A stretch of 64,000 bases of DNA from contig CM022679.1 in the NCBI GenBank assembly GCA_012295275.1, positions 26,784,001 to 26,848,000 of the forward strand, in the 5' to 3' direction. The translations under genes were made by a program, and so were the position numbers. Numbering within the stretch: position 1 is the stretch's first letter; the number at the start of each line of letters is the position of its first letter. The notes under the pieces are model-generated. The model was not told the origin of the DNA. It did no database searches and was given only the letters and a program-made list of their open reading frames with translations. Origin of the DNA: Chrysomallon squamiferum (taxonomy: Eukaryota; Animalia; Mollusca). This document shows, in pieces, positions 63,714 through 64,000 of the stretch.

Positions 63714-64000
63714 GTATGGAATTAACATGATCAATACAAGGAAGAAAACAGTTAATTTATGCATCTTCAGTTTAGTTAAATATCTTGCTCTAAGTGAATG
63801 TGTTGATAGATAGATACATTTGCACATGTATAATTGCAAGGCCATACATATCTTTATATATATTGCAGGATAGATGATTTTAGAGTTTGTGTCTAAAACA
63901 GATGCTAGTTCTTAGTTTGATATGTATGTAATATTAAATAAGGTTAAGTCAGAACACATCTTGTATATCACAAATAATTAATCTGTCCATTGCTTTAGCT
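63118..64000 (+). repeat. Paralogous to window positions 1-840 (gene C vs gene A)
   Basis: 12 substitutions over the ungapped 308 nt 71-378 vs 63241-63548. Confidence 0.92.

Overview
AT-rich, microsatellite-rich eukaryotic genomic DNA with GT-AG introns (probably an invertebrate; species cannot be determined) and a 200-N gap at 40783-40982. The window holds a + strand tandem array of one multi-exon gene family in the order gene A (3' part, 379-8295), relic D (23186-24676), gene B (5' part, 33079-39135, cut at the gap), relic E (~52336) and gene C (5' part, 59939-63713, running off the end). Hand-splicing the overlapping paralogs gives a composite protein: tandem death-effector domains (DED-DED), variable linker, IRAK/Pelle/RLK-type kinase with a non-canonical DPG motif, RING-like Cys/His finger, and a C-terminal metacaspase/paracaspase-type C14 protease (YYTGH...LDTCYSG, not the QACxG of animal caspases). 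No single copy shows the full architecture inside the window. The copies show two independent DED-exon deletions, copy-specific loss of kinase catalytic residues, mostly non-synonymous exon divergence, duplicated and chimeric linker exons, and a frame-switching pair of acceptors between kinase and RING. The spacers carry duplicated THAP relics, MITEs, a foldback element, a hAT-like element and a Tigger transposase fragment. All calls come from reading by eye; no searches were run.
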